This document shows positions 13,316 to 25,510 of a DNA stretch of 64,000 nt, one piece after another. A program made the position numbers and the translations under genes. The DNA is taken from contig OZ336892.1 of the NCBI GenBank assembly GCA_965287045.1, positions 24,738,001 to 24,802,000 on the forward strand. The letters run 5' to 3'. The notes beneath the pieces were generated by a model. The model had not been told where the DNA came from. It saw nothing but the letters and a program-made list of their open reading frames with translations, and ran no database searches. Position 1 is the first letter of the stretch; each line of letters opens with the position of its first letter. The DNA is from Carcharhinus amblyrhynchos (lineage: Eukaryota).

Positions 13316-14253
13316 TAGGATGTTGACAGTGGGGGATGCAGTGATGGTGACAGCATTGAATGTCACGGGGCAGAGGTTAGACTGTCTCCTATTGGTAATG
13401 GTCATTGCTTGGCATTTGTGTGGCGCGAATATTACTTGCCACTTGTCAGCCCAAGCCTGAATACTGTCCATATCTTACTGCATTTGAATGTGGACAGCTT
13501 CAGTATCTGAGGAGTTGTGAATGGTGCTGAACTTTGTGCAATCATCAGCAAACATTCCCATTTCTGACCTTATGACAGAGGGAAGTTATTGATGAAGCAG
13601 CTGAAGATTGTTGGGCCTAGGACACTATCCTGAGGGACTCCTGCAGAGACTGACCCTCCGCAACCACAATCTATCTTCCTATGTACCAGGTATGACTCCA
13701 ACCAGCAGAGTGTTTGCCCCTGATACCCATTGATTCCAGTTTTGCTAGGGCTCCTTGATGCCACACTCGATAGAATGAGGCCTTGATATCAAGAGCTGTC
13801 ACTCTCACCTCACCTCTGGAATTCAGCTTTTTTGTCATGTTTGAACCAAGACTGTAATGAGGTCAGGATCTGAGTGACCCTGGTGAAACCCAAAATGAAC
13901 AAATCATTGCTAAGCAGGTGCTGCTTGATAGCACCCTTCCATCACTTATGATTAAGAGTGGATTGGTTGGGCGGTAATTTGGCTGGGTTGGATTTGTCCT
14001 GCTTTTTGTGTACAGGACATAACTGGGCAATTTTCCACATTGTTGGGTAGATGCTAGTGTTGTAACTGTACTGGAAGAAGTTGGCTAGGGGAGCGGCAAG
14101 TTCTGAGCACAAATCTTCAGTACTATTGCCAGAATGTTTTCAGGACCAATTGCCTTAGTATTATCCAGTGCCTCCAACCATTTCTTGATATCACATGGAG
14201 TGAACAAAATTGGCTGGAGGCTGGCATCTGAGATGTTGGGAACCACTGGAGGA
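13316..14253 (-). mobile_element. Second LINE family, RT core
   Basis: GVPQDSVLGPTIFSCFIN and IQAWADKWQVIFAPHKCQAM in ORFs 13570-13764 and 13250-13471. Confidence 0.85.
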
Positions 14254-14530
14254 ATTATGCTTTAAACTGTCCGTTTATTTACTAGGTGAAAGAGAGTTCA
14301 GTTCTCAAGGGTAATTAATCAGCATTTTTACTTGGATAAAAGGTCAATGTGATTCACGTTGCCATGGGAATAGGCTTTTAGAAGGGAAGGGTTTCTAAGA
14401 TATTTCTGAAATTCGCAGACACAAGCAGTCTGCAAGATCTGGGAGAAAGAGAGCAGCTGGTAGCCAAAATCTGTATGCTTCAAGGTGCAGGAATGCAGGA
14501 GGGAGCTTGTGTTTGAATTGAAAAGACTAA

Positions 14531-15309
14531 GGGGGCATTCATTGGGCCCACTAGCTCCCAGTGAGGTCTGAAGAAGCGAGCATCAGGCAAAAAACAGGTT
14601 TGGTACCAAGCCTGTTGTGACGCTCCCAGCCCACCCTACCGACACTGATCGGGTTCCTACTCATAACAGGTGGCAACCCACCAGCTCCCTACCATTTACT
14701 TGTCTCTCCAGCGGGAAATGTACCAAGTGGGTTTTGATGCTGCTAATGACCAGCTTGGGCATGGTGTGTTGGACCCCAATGTTCCAGGGGAGCACAACCA
14801 ACCCCTCAACAAAGAAAAGAATCCTTCTCTCCCCACACCACATGGGCATGAGGGTGATACAACCTTACTCCCCTCCCTGCCCCCCTCCTCTTCCTCCCCC
14901 TTAGACTCCCCATTCAGCCAACCTCCCTCTTCAGACCCTCCACAGATCACCTCCCACTCTGGACCCTTTCAGATCACATGGCTTGGCAGTGCTAACATTG
15001 CACTGTCACTTTGCACACTGGCACTGACACCCTGATCTGCTGTTTTGGGCTCCCAAAAGTCAAGGAGGTAGGTCCAATGACCATTTCCCCTCTGCCAGTG
15101 CCAGGCTGCAGAAGAAAGGTCTCCCAAGGATCCTAGGGTTGGGTGGGCTTAGCTGGCAACAAGGGTTTAACTCTCCCTCATGATGGTCTGCCCCTTCCAT
15201 CCAAGTTCACTTGAAGAAGGAGCTTAAGGCTTCGAAAGCTAGTGCTGCCACATAAACCTGTTGGGCTTTAACCTGTCCTTCCATCCTTGGCAGACCTAAA
15301 GATCACCCC
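14531..15309. mobile_element. Putative non-autonomous Harbinger-like DNA element
   Basis: GC-rich island bounded by GGGGGC.../...CACCCC, flanked by TAA and TGA. Internal GGCA/TGCC and C-rich repeats. TIR match is weak. Confidence 0.4.
15203..15276 (+). ncRNA. Penelope-type minimal hammerhead ribozyme unit (74 bp) with 10-bp TSD
   Basis: CAC-TTGAAGA-A-GGAGC/TTAAG/GCTTC-GAAA-GCTA-GTG (15208-15244). Flanked by CCTTCCATCC at 15193-15202 and 15277-15286. Confidence 0.7.
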
Positions 15310-16829
15310 TGACATGATGATTTCAGGCAGCCGAGATTAACATCTTCATTCCTGCTTCAGAGCTGTCAATATCTGAAGTGGCCTGGTCACTTTAATCTCC
15401 TTGCCCTCTGTAAAGCTGCCAGGCTTTTAAATCAGAGTAGCACTCCATTCTGCAGCAGAGATTTTGATTTCTCTCTATCAGAAGCTGCAGATGTGAGGAA
15501 ACCACTTTGAAGTCCTCTAACAGAGAGGAAAATGCAATTTCTCTGCATGTTGTAGGTTGGGGTGCCTTCTCCAGAGCTGTACACTCAGCCCAAATATATT
15601 CACAATTTTTATTTGAAGTCTCTGACTATCAAGCTAAAAACCGTTGAAACCCTCTCTAATCCATTGCAAGTCTTTGATCTCTGTCAATTCAATGGTGAAA
15701 TGCTTTGAAATAGGCTTCCATTGACAGCTTAATGGATTTCTACTCAGCCTCCAGCCATATGTGTTTTTTATTTTTCCCTTCACACTTGAATGCATCTCAA
15801 GTACCCCACTTTTCATAACTGCAAGGTTTACAAAGGCTTGAAGCCTGATTGATAGCAGTTGTCTCTTTAAAGGGGTTAAATGGTTTCACCTCCTCATTTG
15901 CAGATCACTTATTCCTGATTTGGTAGATCCTACCTTTTTTTTAAGAAACTGCGGAGGGAAGTTACTGAACAAATTCACAGAAGTCTGTTAATGAATTTTA
16001 AAATCAAAGAGTACATTATTTCTTAAAATACAAAAAGTGAATGATATTGTACCAAACAAAAAGTTTGGAAAGATCTCAATACATCCAAGAAAATTCCTAC
16101 TATCCTTTAGCAATATCTTTAGTGAAGAATTACCACTAACATGACGCAAAGGCTTCTTGGTTGGCACTGGCATGGTTACAAAAGGTGAATTTTTGAACAT
16201 TAGCTCGATGCAACTGGTATTGTTCCCTAAGACACCCAAAGACTGCACCGTAAACTCTTCAACTGTTTCTTCAACTGCAAAGCTAACAAATATGTTCTCT
16301 GAATTCAGTCTTCCAGGAGCACCACCGCCAATCTGAGTCCTATAACTGATTATTCAGTTAAGTCTTGTCTCACTGGCCTTGCAGCTTTTCATCTCCAAGA
16401 TTTTAAAATCCCTGTCGGTCTTCTTTCTCTGACCCTTCATTCAGCTCCTGTCTTTTTGGTTTCTGTTTTACTGTTGCTGGACAACTATCAAGCTTTTCTA
16501 CCTAGTTTTTATCTTTCCAGAATCACTGCACTTTAAACCCCTTTTTAGCCCATCTCTTTAACATCAGGGGTTGTAAAACCTCATTAAAATAATGTATATT
16601 TACCCAAACAAACCCCAAAAGCCTGAAACATTTTGGTCACAAGTCTATCTAGATCCCCAGGCACCAAAGTTCATAAATGAATTTCAATGAAACTGAAATC
16701 ATTTTTACCTTTCTTAATGCACAAATAGATATAAATTCATCTTAAAATTATACAGTTCCTAAGTAATAAGTTCATCATAGCGCTCAGTGAAACAGTACCA
16801 TCCCCTTGGAACAGCATTTCAACAATCTT

Positions 16830-18480
16830 CACAATTTGTTGGAGGATGAATTTCTGACAGCTGTGACACCCTGCAAGCATTTTGCACACTAGTATTCACA
16901 ACTTGCATGATTTCACTGAAAAGCTTTCTCTGCAAAACTCAAATTTCTCAGTGGAAGTTACTAATTCTGCAATGAAAATTGAGATATTGGCCAACAGACA
17001 ATGGATCAAAATTGGATCCATAACTGTGTTGCTGGAGCTGGCCAACAGCTATACATTGGAAAGCATTGATTCTGAGCTACGTGCAAAGCCCTGTGTCAAG
17101 TCAGTTCTGCAATCTTCCACATTCCTTGAAATTGAATGCAAGTTTTATGGAAGGTTTCCCAATACATTAAGCATTTTGTCATGTATACACATCAGCCTTT
17201 TTTGTGGCCTGGCCCCATCAGAGCATAGAATTCTTATGCCACCCAGCTGTCTGGTGGGCTTGAACCTCCACTATCCAGCCTCCGTGTGCAAATGGTAGCG
17301 CAATGAAGTCCAGTCTCGTACTATGCGCTATTCTATTCATGAAGATACACTCAGTGTCAATATTTGAGCTGTGGATGTGAAATTGAGTATAGTGTGTCTG
17401 CATTATCAACATTATCTTGTTATTTATTTTTGATTTTATTGGTGTCACAAGTAGGCTCACATTAACACTGCAATGAAAATCTCCTAGTCGCCACATTCTG
17501 GCACTTGTTCAGGTACACTGAGGGAGGATTTAGCATGGTCAATGCACCTAATCAGCTCGCCTTTTGGACTGTCAGAGGAAACCGGAGCACCCGGAGGAAT
17601 CCATGCAGACATGAGGAGAACATGCAGACTCTGCAGACAGTGACCAAGCCAGGAATCAAACCTGGGTCCCTGGGGGGCACTGTGAGATAGCAGTGCTATC
17701 CACTGTGCCATCATGCTCTTTTTCCAGTGTCTGAGCAGATTGCATTTCCTGGGTATCTGAAAGGAAAAGTTCAAGGATAAGGTTGTTTTGAGTAGAGTGT
17801 GGAAAGTAGAAGGTGCAGCATATATCATTTCCAACTTGCAAGTTAGAAGAGATTATATGATGAGGGGCATGTGGAATGTGAGGATATTGTAATCTTGATA
17901 AATTCAGTATGGCGACTGGCCACAGCCTCAGTTAAAGACCTTCTAGTAGTAGTCAGCATGGTTACCTCCAACACGATTAGGCAGATGCACTTCTCTCCCT
18001 TCAAATTAGTTCTTGCTGTCTCTAGTTTTTGAGTGCCTTCTTCTACAAGAGAGAGAGAAGTGCGTCAGTGAGCGTCATGCAATTTGTTTGGATGATGTGG
18101 CTGTGGACAAATAGCTGGTAGCATCTGCAAGCAGTGAGTGGGTGTGAGGCTCACAGCTATGCTAAATGCATGGGGTGAGATGAAGCATATGGATATTACC
18201 TATGATTTCTGACTGATAGAAATTAGGGTGTGGTATGTTGAACAGTAGAAGATTTGTGGTGCTGTTGGCAGGATGCGTTATTTGAAGGCATATTCCACTT
18301 GACCACTTATGGAAGTTCAATCCGCTTGTTGCGACACTGCATCCACTTCATTGGGACTGTACTCCTGACGTTGAGAAAAAAATATCAAAATCAATCTGTT
18401 TTGTGTCCCAGTCGCTTTGAACAACTGCTGCACATGGGGTAAGAAATGAGCTCAGGCCCCTGTTAAGGCACAGACTACTG
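16830..18480 (-). mobile_element. Harbinger ORF2 (Myb/SANT-like) fossil, intron-containing
   Basis: Minus-strand peptides LNVRSTVPMKWMQCRNKRIELP*VVK (~18298-18376), KKALKN*RQQEL after a pyrimidine-tract/AG (~18043), and a stop-interrupted helical region HDKMLNVLGNLP*NLHSISRNVED (~16900-17180). Confidence 0.5.
17420..17716 (-). mobile_element. V-SINE with alternative 3' tail
   Basis: V-domain plus GTCACAAGTAGGCTCACATTAACACTGCAATGAA, the same tail as 6055-6338. Confidence 0.85.
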
Positions 18481-19995
18481 GACGTAGAGCCACCCAGCAC
18501 TGAACAGCGATTAGGCCAGCTAAACACAGGTTTGCCTAGTTCAAAATTGGAAGCTGGCCATGCTAGCTTTAAGTAATGCTAACAAGTAATGCTTTTAGGT
18601 CCCCTGCTGATGAACAGCACAGTCTGCTACCATGTATATGTTGCCTGCATTACATTGAATAGTCATGGGTTAACCGTGCATGGTGAGATTGGCCAGTTCA
18701 GATACAAACAACTCTCCTTTAACTTACTCTTAAAACAAAGTGTAAAGAATCATCGAAGAATACCTGACATTCCTCACTTGTCAGGAACTATAATTGTGTT
18801 GTTCTTCATTGTTAAAGAGTTAAAAACTAAACACCAGGTCATTCTGGTAGAAAACAAAGTTCAGCCTTGCAGAGGCAACTCTCTTTTAGCTACTGTTATT
18901 TTAGAACTTCTAAAAGTTGCCTGAAAATACAATTGCCTTAAAAGAATGTTCAACACTTCCTTAATTTTATTTTAAATATATTGTTTGTTTCAGAAAGGGA
19001 AAATACCAGGTTGCAGTAAGAACTGCTGCTGACAGCATGAGGTAGAGAAATTAGTGCATGCAGAATGATGCATTTCCTGATGCACCCTTAGTTAATCACT
19101 ATTGTTTTTATGTTTATTCAGCTCCCTCACACCATCAGGTTCCGTAACTCATCCCTTCCAACAAGGCAATGAACAGAGTTTATAAAAAAAAACCAGCAGA
19201 GAGGCAGAACAGAGTGTAAATTAGGAGGATAATTTTTTCCAATTCCTTTCTGAGACTCATTTCACACACCTTCCAAAATCAAAAGAATGGACAGAAGTCC
19301 TACTTCCAACCCTCTGCCGATGGTGCTTACTTTGTTCCTTACTAAGATGTGCACAAAACCTTAATGACTGACTCTCTTAGTAGGGGATTTTTTCATTTTT
19401 TGTGTGAGCTCGTGTGTGCAAAGTCCTGATTCATCATGTCATTGCTATTCCACAGTTGTCAGAATGAAAGTTCTGATAATTGGAGCTGTCATTACGTTGA
19501 AGAAATGGCTGACCTTTGTTTCATCAGAGGCTTGTAAATGTTGATGTGTAGTAACTTAATTTTAGACATTTCAGTGATCCTAACTGTGCTAAAATTGTTT
19601 TTCTTTTAAAATTCATTACTATTAAGTTGGCTTCACAAAAACCACATCATAACAGTTGTGCTGAAGCAGACAAGACATCTGCTGTATAGAAATGTTGCCA
19701 GATATTGTGGTGAATGAAATATAAATTCCTGGAAGAAGCTGTTTCAGGAAGTGAACTTATATCAAATGTTCCTGAAAGAGCTATACTATCCCTTTTAAGG
19801 TTATGTGGGTTACATTGTTGGTCTTCATTCCAGGAAAATATAAAGCTCAGAATACATCTGCCAAAGATTCAATCAATTCTCACTTCAGCATTTTAAAGAA
19901 TTTCTCATTTCAAAGAAAAACCCAAGTAGTTGCCTAATAAAAAAAAACCCTAGCTTACATGGTCAACAGTTAACAATGATTCTGGCTTTGAAACG

Positions 19996-20244
19996 TGTGA
20001 CAGCCCCCACAAGATCCATGAGAAATCACTGATTGATGACACCCTGTGGGGCTTGTTAAGTATGAGTTCCCTAGGTAACCCAGCTGGGACACATTGTCTG
20101 AGTTCTTTATAAAACAGGCCCAGAATTGGGCCTGCTGAATGGTAGTCCCAGGCAGGGACTAGTGTGTATACACTATAGTAGTGTTTTTACTTTGCATTCC
20201 ATGAAACTATATTCCTTTCCAGTTGGACTTCCTGAGATATTACA
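19996..20244 (+). mobile_element. Solo LTR candidate (~250 bp)
   Basis: TGTGAC...ATTACA termini, internal TATAAAA (~20108), flanks AAACG / AAACC (4 of 5 match). Confidence 0.55.
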
Positions 20245-21702
20245 AAACCGTAAGGGAAAACAGCCTAAAACTAATTATCCTGAAGAATTATGAAAGATAC
20301 AAATCATCAACTGTCTTTCTAAATGCTGACAGACTTACCTATTTTCTGGTATAAATAAATGCTTTAGACTTAAATGTACACATGTAGGCACATTCAATTT
20401 AGGAGCAAGAACCATTTAGTGCCTTGAGTTTGCACTGCAATTAGATCATGCATAATTGGATTGTGGCTCTCGGGGCCTCCAACTGTACTTTGTTACCTAC
20501 TCCCGATACCGTTTGACTCACTGTTAGTTAAGAATCTACAATCCACTACCTTAAAAATATTCACTGACTCTGCCTCCACTGCTCTTAGGGGAAGAAAGTT
20601 CCACAGACACACAACTCTCAGAATATATTCTTATCCCCATCTTAAATGCCCCTTATTTTTAGATTTTTTTCCTTTGTTCTAGTCTCGCCCACAAGGGGAA
20701 AACACCTTTTCAGCGTCCTCCCTGTCAAGGCCCCTCAGGATTTTATGTGTTTCGAAAAGATCATCCCTTCGTTCCTCTAAACCACAATGGATTCTTACCC
20801 AGTCTGTCCAACCTTTTGTCATAATGCCCCCCGCCCCCACCAATCAGAAATGTGTTGAGTGAATTTTCTCTAAACTGCATCTAATGCAATTATTCCCTTT
20901 CTTAAAAAAGAGGCCAAAGCTGTACAGATGTTTTCTTACCGATGTCCTATACAACTGTAGCAAAACATCCCTACTTTTATATTCCATCCAAATTGCAATA
21001 AGCAATATTTCATTTGCCTTTCTATACATTTTCTGTACTTGTGTAACTACATTTTTGCGGTTCAAAAGCTAGGACATCTCCATCCCCTTGTACCTCAGTT
21101 CAGTAACATCTCTCCATTTAAAAAATATATGGTACTGCTTTTTGATTCTTCCTGCCCAAGTGGGCAAGTTCACTTATTCCTACAATATACTCCATCTGTC
21201 AGATTTTTGCCGACCCAATTAACCTATGTTCCTATGCAGCAAGTTTTTATAAGTTATTTTCTTACCTATCCGAGTGTCATCAGCAAATTTAAAAATCACA
21301 TGTATTCAGTGCCATCAACCAACTCATTGATATAGCTTGCAAAAAGGTTGACAGCCCAGAAGTGATCTCTGCGGCACTCTACTCATATGTTACCAAGCCG
21401 AAAATCACACCTTTATGCCTACTTCCCTTCCATGTAAGCTAACCAACCCTCTATTCATGTTAATATGTTATGCCTTCCACTGTTAACTCTTATTTTGTGT
21501 AATAACTTTTGATATGACACTTGGTCAAATATCTTCTGAAAATCAAAGTGCTCCACATCCACAAGCTCCCCTTTATCCATGTTGCTTGTTACTTCCTCAA
21601 ATAACCCAAGTAAAGCTACTTGCACAAGTGACTTCCTATCTTTTCTCTTCCATATCTCTGTCCAAACTGATTCTACATTTTGAACTTTAGAACAAAGATC
21701 AT

Positions 21703-21829
21703 GGCTGGAATTTTGCTGCCCGCCGATCACAGGAATCGGAGTAGGTAAGGAGTAGAGCATGGGAAGGTCCGTTGACCTCTGGTGGGATTTTATGATTTTG
21801 AGATGAGCGAGGCTATAAAATCTCATCCC
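21703..21829. mobile_element. MITE, same family as 5788-5913
   Basis: GGCTGGAATTTT...ATAAAATCTCATCCC termini, possible 3-bp CAT duplication, inserted in a CR1. Confidence 0.7.
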
Positions 21830-22190
21830 ATCTCTCTCAAATTAACAAATGTCATCCTTAATGAATGGAAATATTCCTCCACCTTTTTATAGCTCCCTGC
21901 CCTTCAGAAATATCATGTGTCCTTGAATGTTCAGATCCTAGCCTTTGTCATCTTGCAGCCACATTTCTGTCCTAGCTATCGGGTCACACATATTTATTTT
22001 TACTTGAACTGTCAATCCATCCATTTTGCTGTGAGTACTATGTGCATTCAGATAGAGAGCCTTTAGTCCTGGCTTTTTATGATTTTTGCAACTTCTGGCC
22101 TTATCAGCTGGCACACTCATAAGTTTGTATGCTCCGTCCCTTCCTGTCATGCTCTGATTATCATTTCCCTTATTGCTATCCTGTTCACTT

Positions 22191-22501
22191 TAGAATCATA
22201 GAATCACTACAGTGCAGAAGGAGGCCATTCAGCTCACCATGTCTGCATCAACTCTCCGACAGAGCATCCTTCCCATGCCCTTTTCCGTAACCCCCAATCC
22301 CCCAACCTAATCCTGGAACATCAAGTGCAATTTAGCATAACCAATCCACCTAACCTGCACATCTTTGGACAGTGCAAGAAATTGGAGCACCCGGAGGAAA
22401 CCCATGCAGACACAAGGAGAATGTGTTAACTCCACAAGGCTGGAATTGAACTCAAATCCCTGGTGCTGTGAGGCAGCAGTGCTAAGCATTGTGCCACCGT
22501 G
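22191..22501 (-). mobile_element. HE1-type V-SINE (CR1 tail)
   Basis: TAGAATCATAGAATC tail, V-domain and tRNA-like head. Confidence 0.9.
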
Positions 22502-23782
22502 ACTTTCCTTGTCCTTTCTTTTTAATTGATTAAATTTTCCCTCATTTGATCCTCTTATTTAGTTTAAAGCCCTCTCCACTGCCAAAATTATGTGACTTGC
22601 CAGAAAATTTGTCCCAAGGGCTGAGCACTTCCAATCTCTTGACCTTCTTAACTGCCTCTCTCACAGTGACATCCTCCTGCCTCTGGTGAAATGAGAAGAC
22701 CCTATCTAAAGGATACAACTGCCTCCTGAAACAAAGTATCCAGCCATCTTACCCCCTCCCTGATGCATTGCAATGTTTACAACTTGGCCTCCAGCTTACT
22801 GGGTCTTAACCGAAGCTCCTCAAGCTGCAGATACGTTTGTCCTGGATCATACTGGCATCACATCACCTAAGATCTTTAATACATGTTTATTAATGATTAT
22901 TTTCTTAATTAATAAATTCAATTATTCCCAATGAGCTTTATTGCTGCTAGTAAAGCTTACAATTACTAATAAACTACAGGAATTTAGAAAGATAAACAAG
23001 CACAATATTCCCCAACAAACCATTTATCTGTTTCCCTGTGGCATCACTCTTGGATTTTTCTCAGAACACAGACTGAGCCCCTATCTCTTTAAAACTGGTC
23101 CATTACTCTCCGCATTCCTTGACTCAAAGTTAAAGTAGCTGCAGCACTTACATCAACAGCAGCTCTACCCTTACTGCACTGAATTCCCAAATTATCCTCT
23201 GTGACTAACTTACTGTTTGTATTTATTACCTTTGTGCACATTCCATCTGTATACAATACCAGTTGAGGTTCCAGAGAGATGAATGAGCAAAGCTAGCTGG
23301 AGAATCCAGTTCAAACTAGCTACCTAATTAATTAGCTATAGTGGCCTCTCCTGTGGGGAGCTCGTTCATCCCTGACAAAGACTGAAATAAGCTTAATTTA
23401 AATGGTTCATTGTGGTTAAACTCTAATTGCAAACTAGATTATATTTCAGAAAGGGATTAACCTATAAAATTACCCCCTAAAATTCCAGGCAATCTAAGAT
23501 GGTGGAGACCAAAAGAAAGCAGAGCGGTGCACGGTGAATTCACTGGTGAAATTATGTGTTGGCTTCAGTTTAGGAATTGTAATTTCTGTTGTTTTTAAGC
23601 TGTGCAGTTGGCCCTATTACTTTTGGTGCAGGAATGAGTTTAGGAACAGCCTATACCAACTATCAGAATGATTTCCAGTCTCCATATGGTATATATGGAA
23701 ATTTTGTTGAAGACCAGTCATCTTAGGATGTACTTGCTGCACAGTACTAGCTTCCCATGCATCAACAACTTCTCCCAGCAGC

Positions 23783-24004
23783 AGTGTGGGTTTTCTCTGG
23801 GTTCTTTGGTGTTCTCCCACAGTCCAAAGATGTGTAGGGTAGATTGAATAGCCATGTTAAATTACCCTTTAGTGTCCCAAGATATATAGGTTAGGGGGAT
23901 TAGAGGGGTAAATACATGGGGTTATAGGGTAAGCCTTGGTAAGAGTCGGTCCAGACTGAATGGGCTAAATGGCCTCCTTCTGCGTTGTATGGATTCTATG
24001 ATTC
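23783..24004 (+). mobile_element. HE1-type V-SINE, 5'-truncated
   Basis: V-domain followed by GGATTCTATGATTC tail. Confidence 0.85.
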
Positions 24005-25035
24005 AATGAATTCAGAAAAATGTGAAGTAACGCACTTGGGGAGGACAAAGTCGGGGGGGAGATATACAACAAATTATACAATATTGAAAAATGTAGGGGA
24101 ACAGAGGGACATTTCCACAGATCCAAGGCAGTTAGATAAGTTGATTAAGAAAGCATCTGAAATGCTTTTTTTTTATAGTTGAGGCACAGGATATAAAAGA
24201 GCAGGGATGTTGGCGGAAAATTTCCAGCCCTTTCCTGCTGCTGGAAAATAAGCTGCAGGACAGAAAATCCGACCCATTTTTTAAAAATTCTTTCATGAGA
24301 TATTGGTGTTACTGGCAATTTGTCACTGGCATTTGTTGCCCAGTCATAATTTCCCTTGAACTGAGTGGCTCATTGCAGAGGGCAGGTACATTGGCATTAC
24401 ATTGCTGTAGGTTGTCTGGAGTCTGGCATATTTTTTTCCTCGAACTGACAGTGAATCACATCAGATTTTTATTACCATTGATGGTAGTTTCATGGTCAAT
24501 ATCTTTATATTCCAGATTTATTAACTGAATTCAAATTGTCCCCAGAACAATAGCCTAAGGTCTCTGGATTCTAGTCCAGCAACATTACCAGTATGCTACT
24601 GTTTTCCCATTGAACTGTGTAAAACATTAGTTAGATGACAGCTACAGTACAGCAGATGGTTTGAGTTATGAGAAATCTTTGATTGCACTAGAGAGTATGC
24701 AGGTTCACAAGTATGTTGCCAGCACTGGAGAATTTTAGCTTTAAGGAAAGATTTGAAAGCCTGTAGTTGTTTTCTTTGGAAAAAGAGTGGTTAAGTGGAG
24801 AATTAATTAGAGGTATATAAAATTGAGGGATCTATAGAAAGTTGATATAAAAGGTATATTTCCCTTAGTGGAGAGGTCAATAATCTGGAGGCATTGGATG
24901 TACACTTGAATTGCTGCAACCTAAAAGACTACAGATCAAGAGTTGGAAGGTGGGTTGGGCTGCTTAGTGCTTTTTTGCCAGTAAGGGAAATTGGCTGCAT
25001 TACTTTCCTCTGTGCCATAAAATATTGTGTTTATG
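24005..25035 (+). mobile_element. Old CR1 3' part interrupted by a 65-bp MITE-like piece (24211-24275) and a SINE
   Basis: NSEKCEVTHLGRTK in ORF 23985-24182. CR1 similarity resumes at ~24611. Confidence 0.7.
24276..24608 (-). mobile_element. tRNA-derived SINE (family of 2510-2869)
   Basis: Colinear similarity to 2510-2869. Confidence 0.7.
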
Positions 25036-25039
25036 AAGT

Positions 25040-25510
25040 TGTCAGGGCCCATAGCCTTTGTTATATCCAATGAGCTCCAACTGCCATTTCTTGATATCAC
25101 ATAAGAGTGAATGGATTTAGTTGAAGATTAACTGCAGTGGCAGTGACCTGAAGTCTAGGGAGAGATGGATCATCCTTTTCGCAATTCTGACTGAAGACGG
25201 TTGCAAAATTTCAGCCATATTTTTTGCATTCATATGCTAGGCTTTTTTGATGTGGACTTTATTGCTGGTCCCTAATTGCTCTCAAGATGGTGGTGGTGAG
25301 TTGCCTCCTTGAACCTTTGTAGTCTATGTGGTGTATGTGCAGCCATGTTGGTGTTAAGGAGCATGTTCCAAGGCTGTACCATCACCGCTGATGGGAATGT
25401 TCATTGAGTCTCCTCCTCCTTGAGGAGTTATTTATCCACAATTAATAGTCGTTTAATTATCCACCACCATTTCTGACTAGATGTAGCGTGACTATAGAGT
25501 TTTGGTGTGA
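25040..25510 (-). mobile_element. Second LINE family fragments
   Basis: Similar to 14140-14253 and 12860-13006. A 3'-end-like piece is nested at ~25245-25372. Confidence 0.55.

Larger units (their letters stand above)
20380..23150 (-). mobile_element. Old CR1 with ORF1, endonuclease and RT remnants, internally deleted
   Basis: ORF1-like LQLEELRLR..KLEAKL*TLQCIREG..LDTLFQEAV (~22700-22830). APE-like LKALYLNAHS..TEMWL (21938-22150). RT-like DFQKIFDQV. 3' tail near 20385. Confidence 0.8.

Noticed and set aside
16882-17298. 138-aa + strand ORF
   Set aside because: Better explained as the antisense of a stop-interrupted Harbinger ORF2 remnant.
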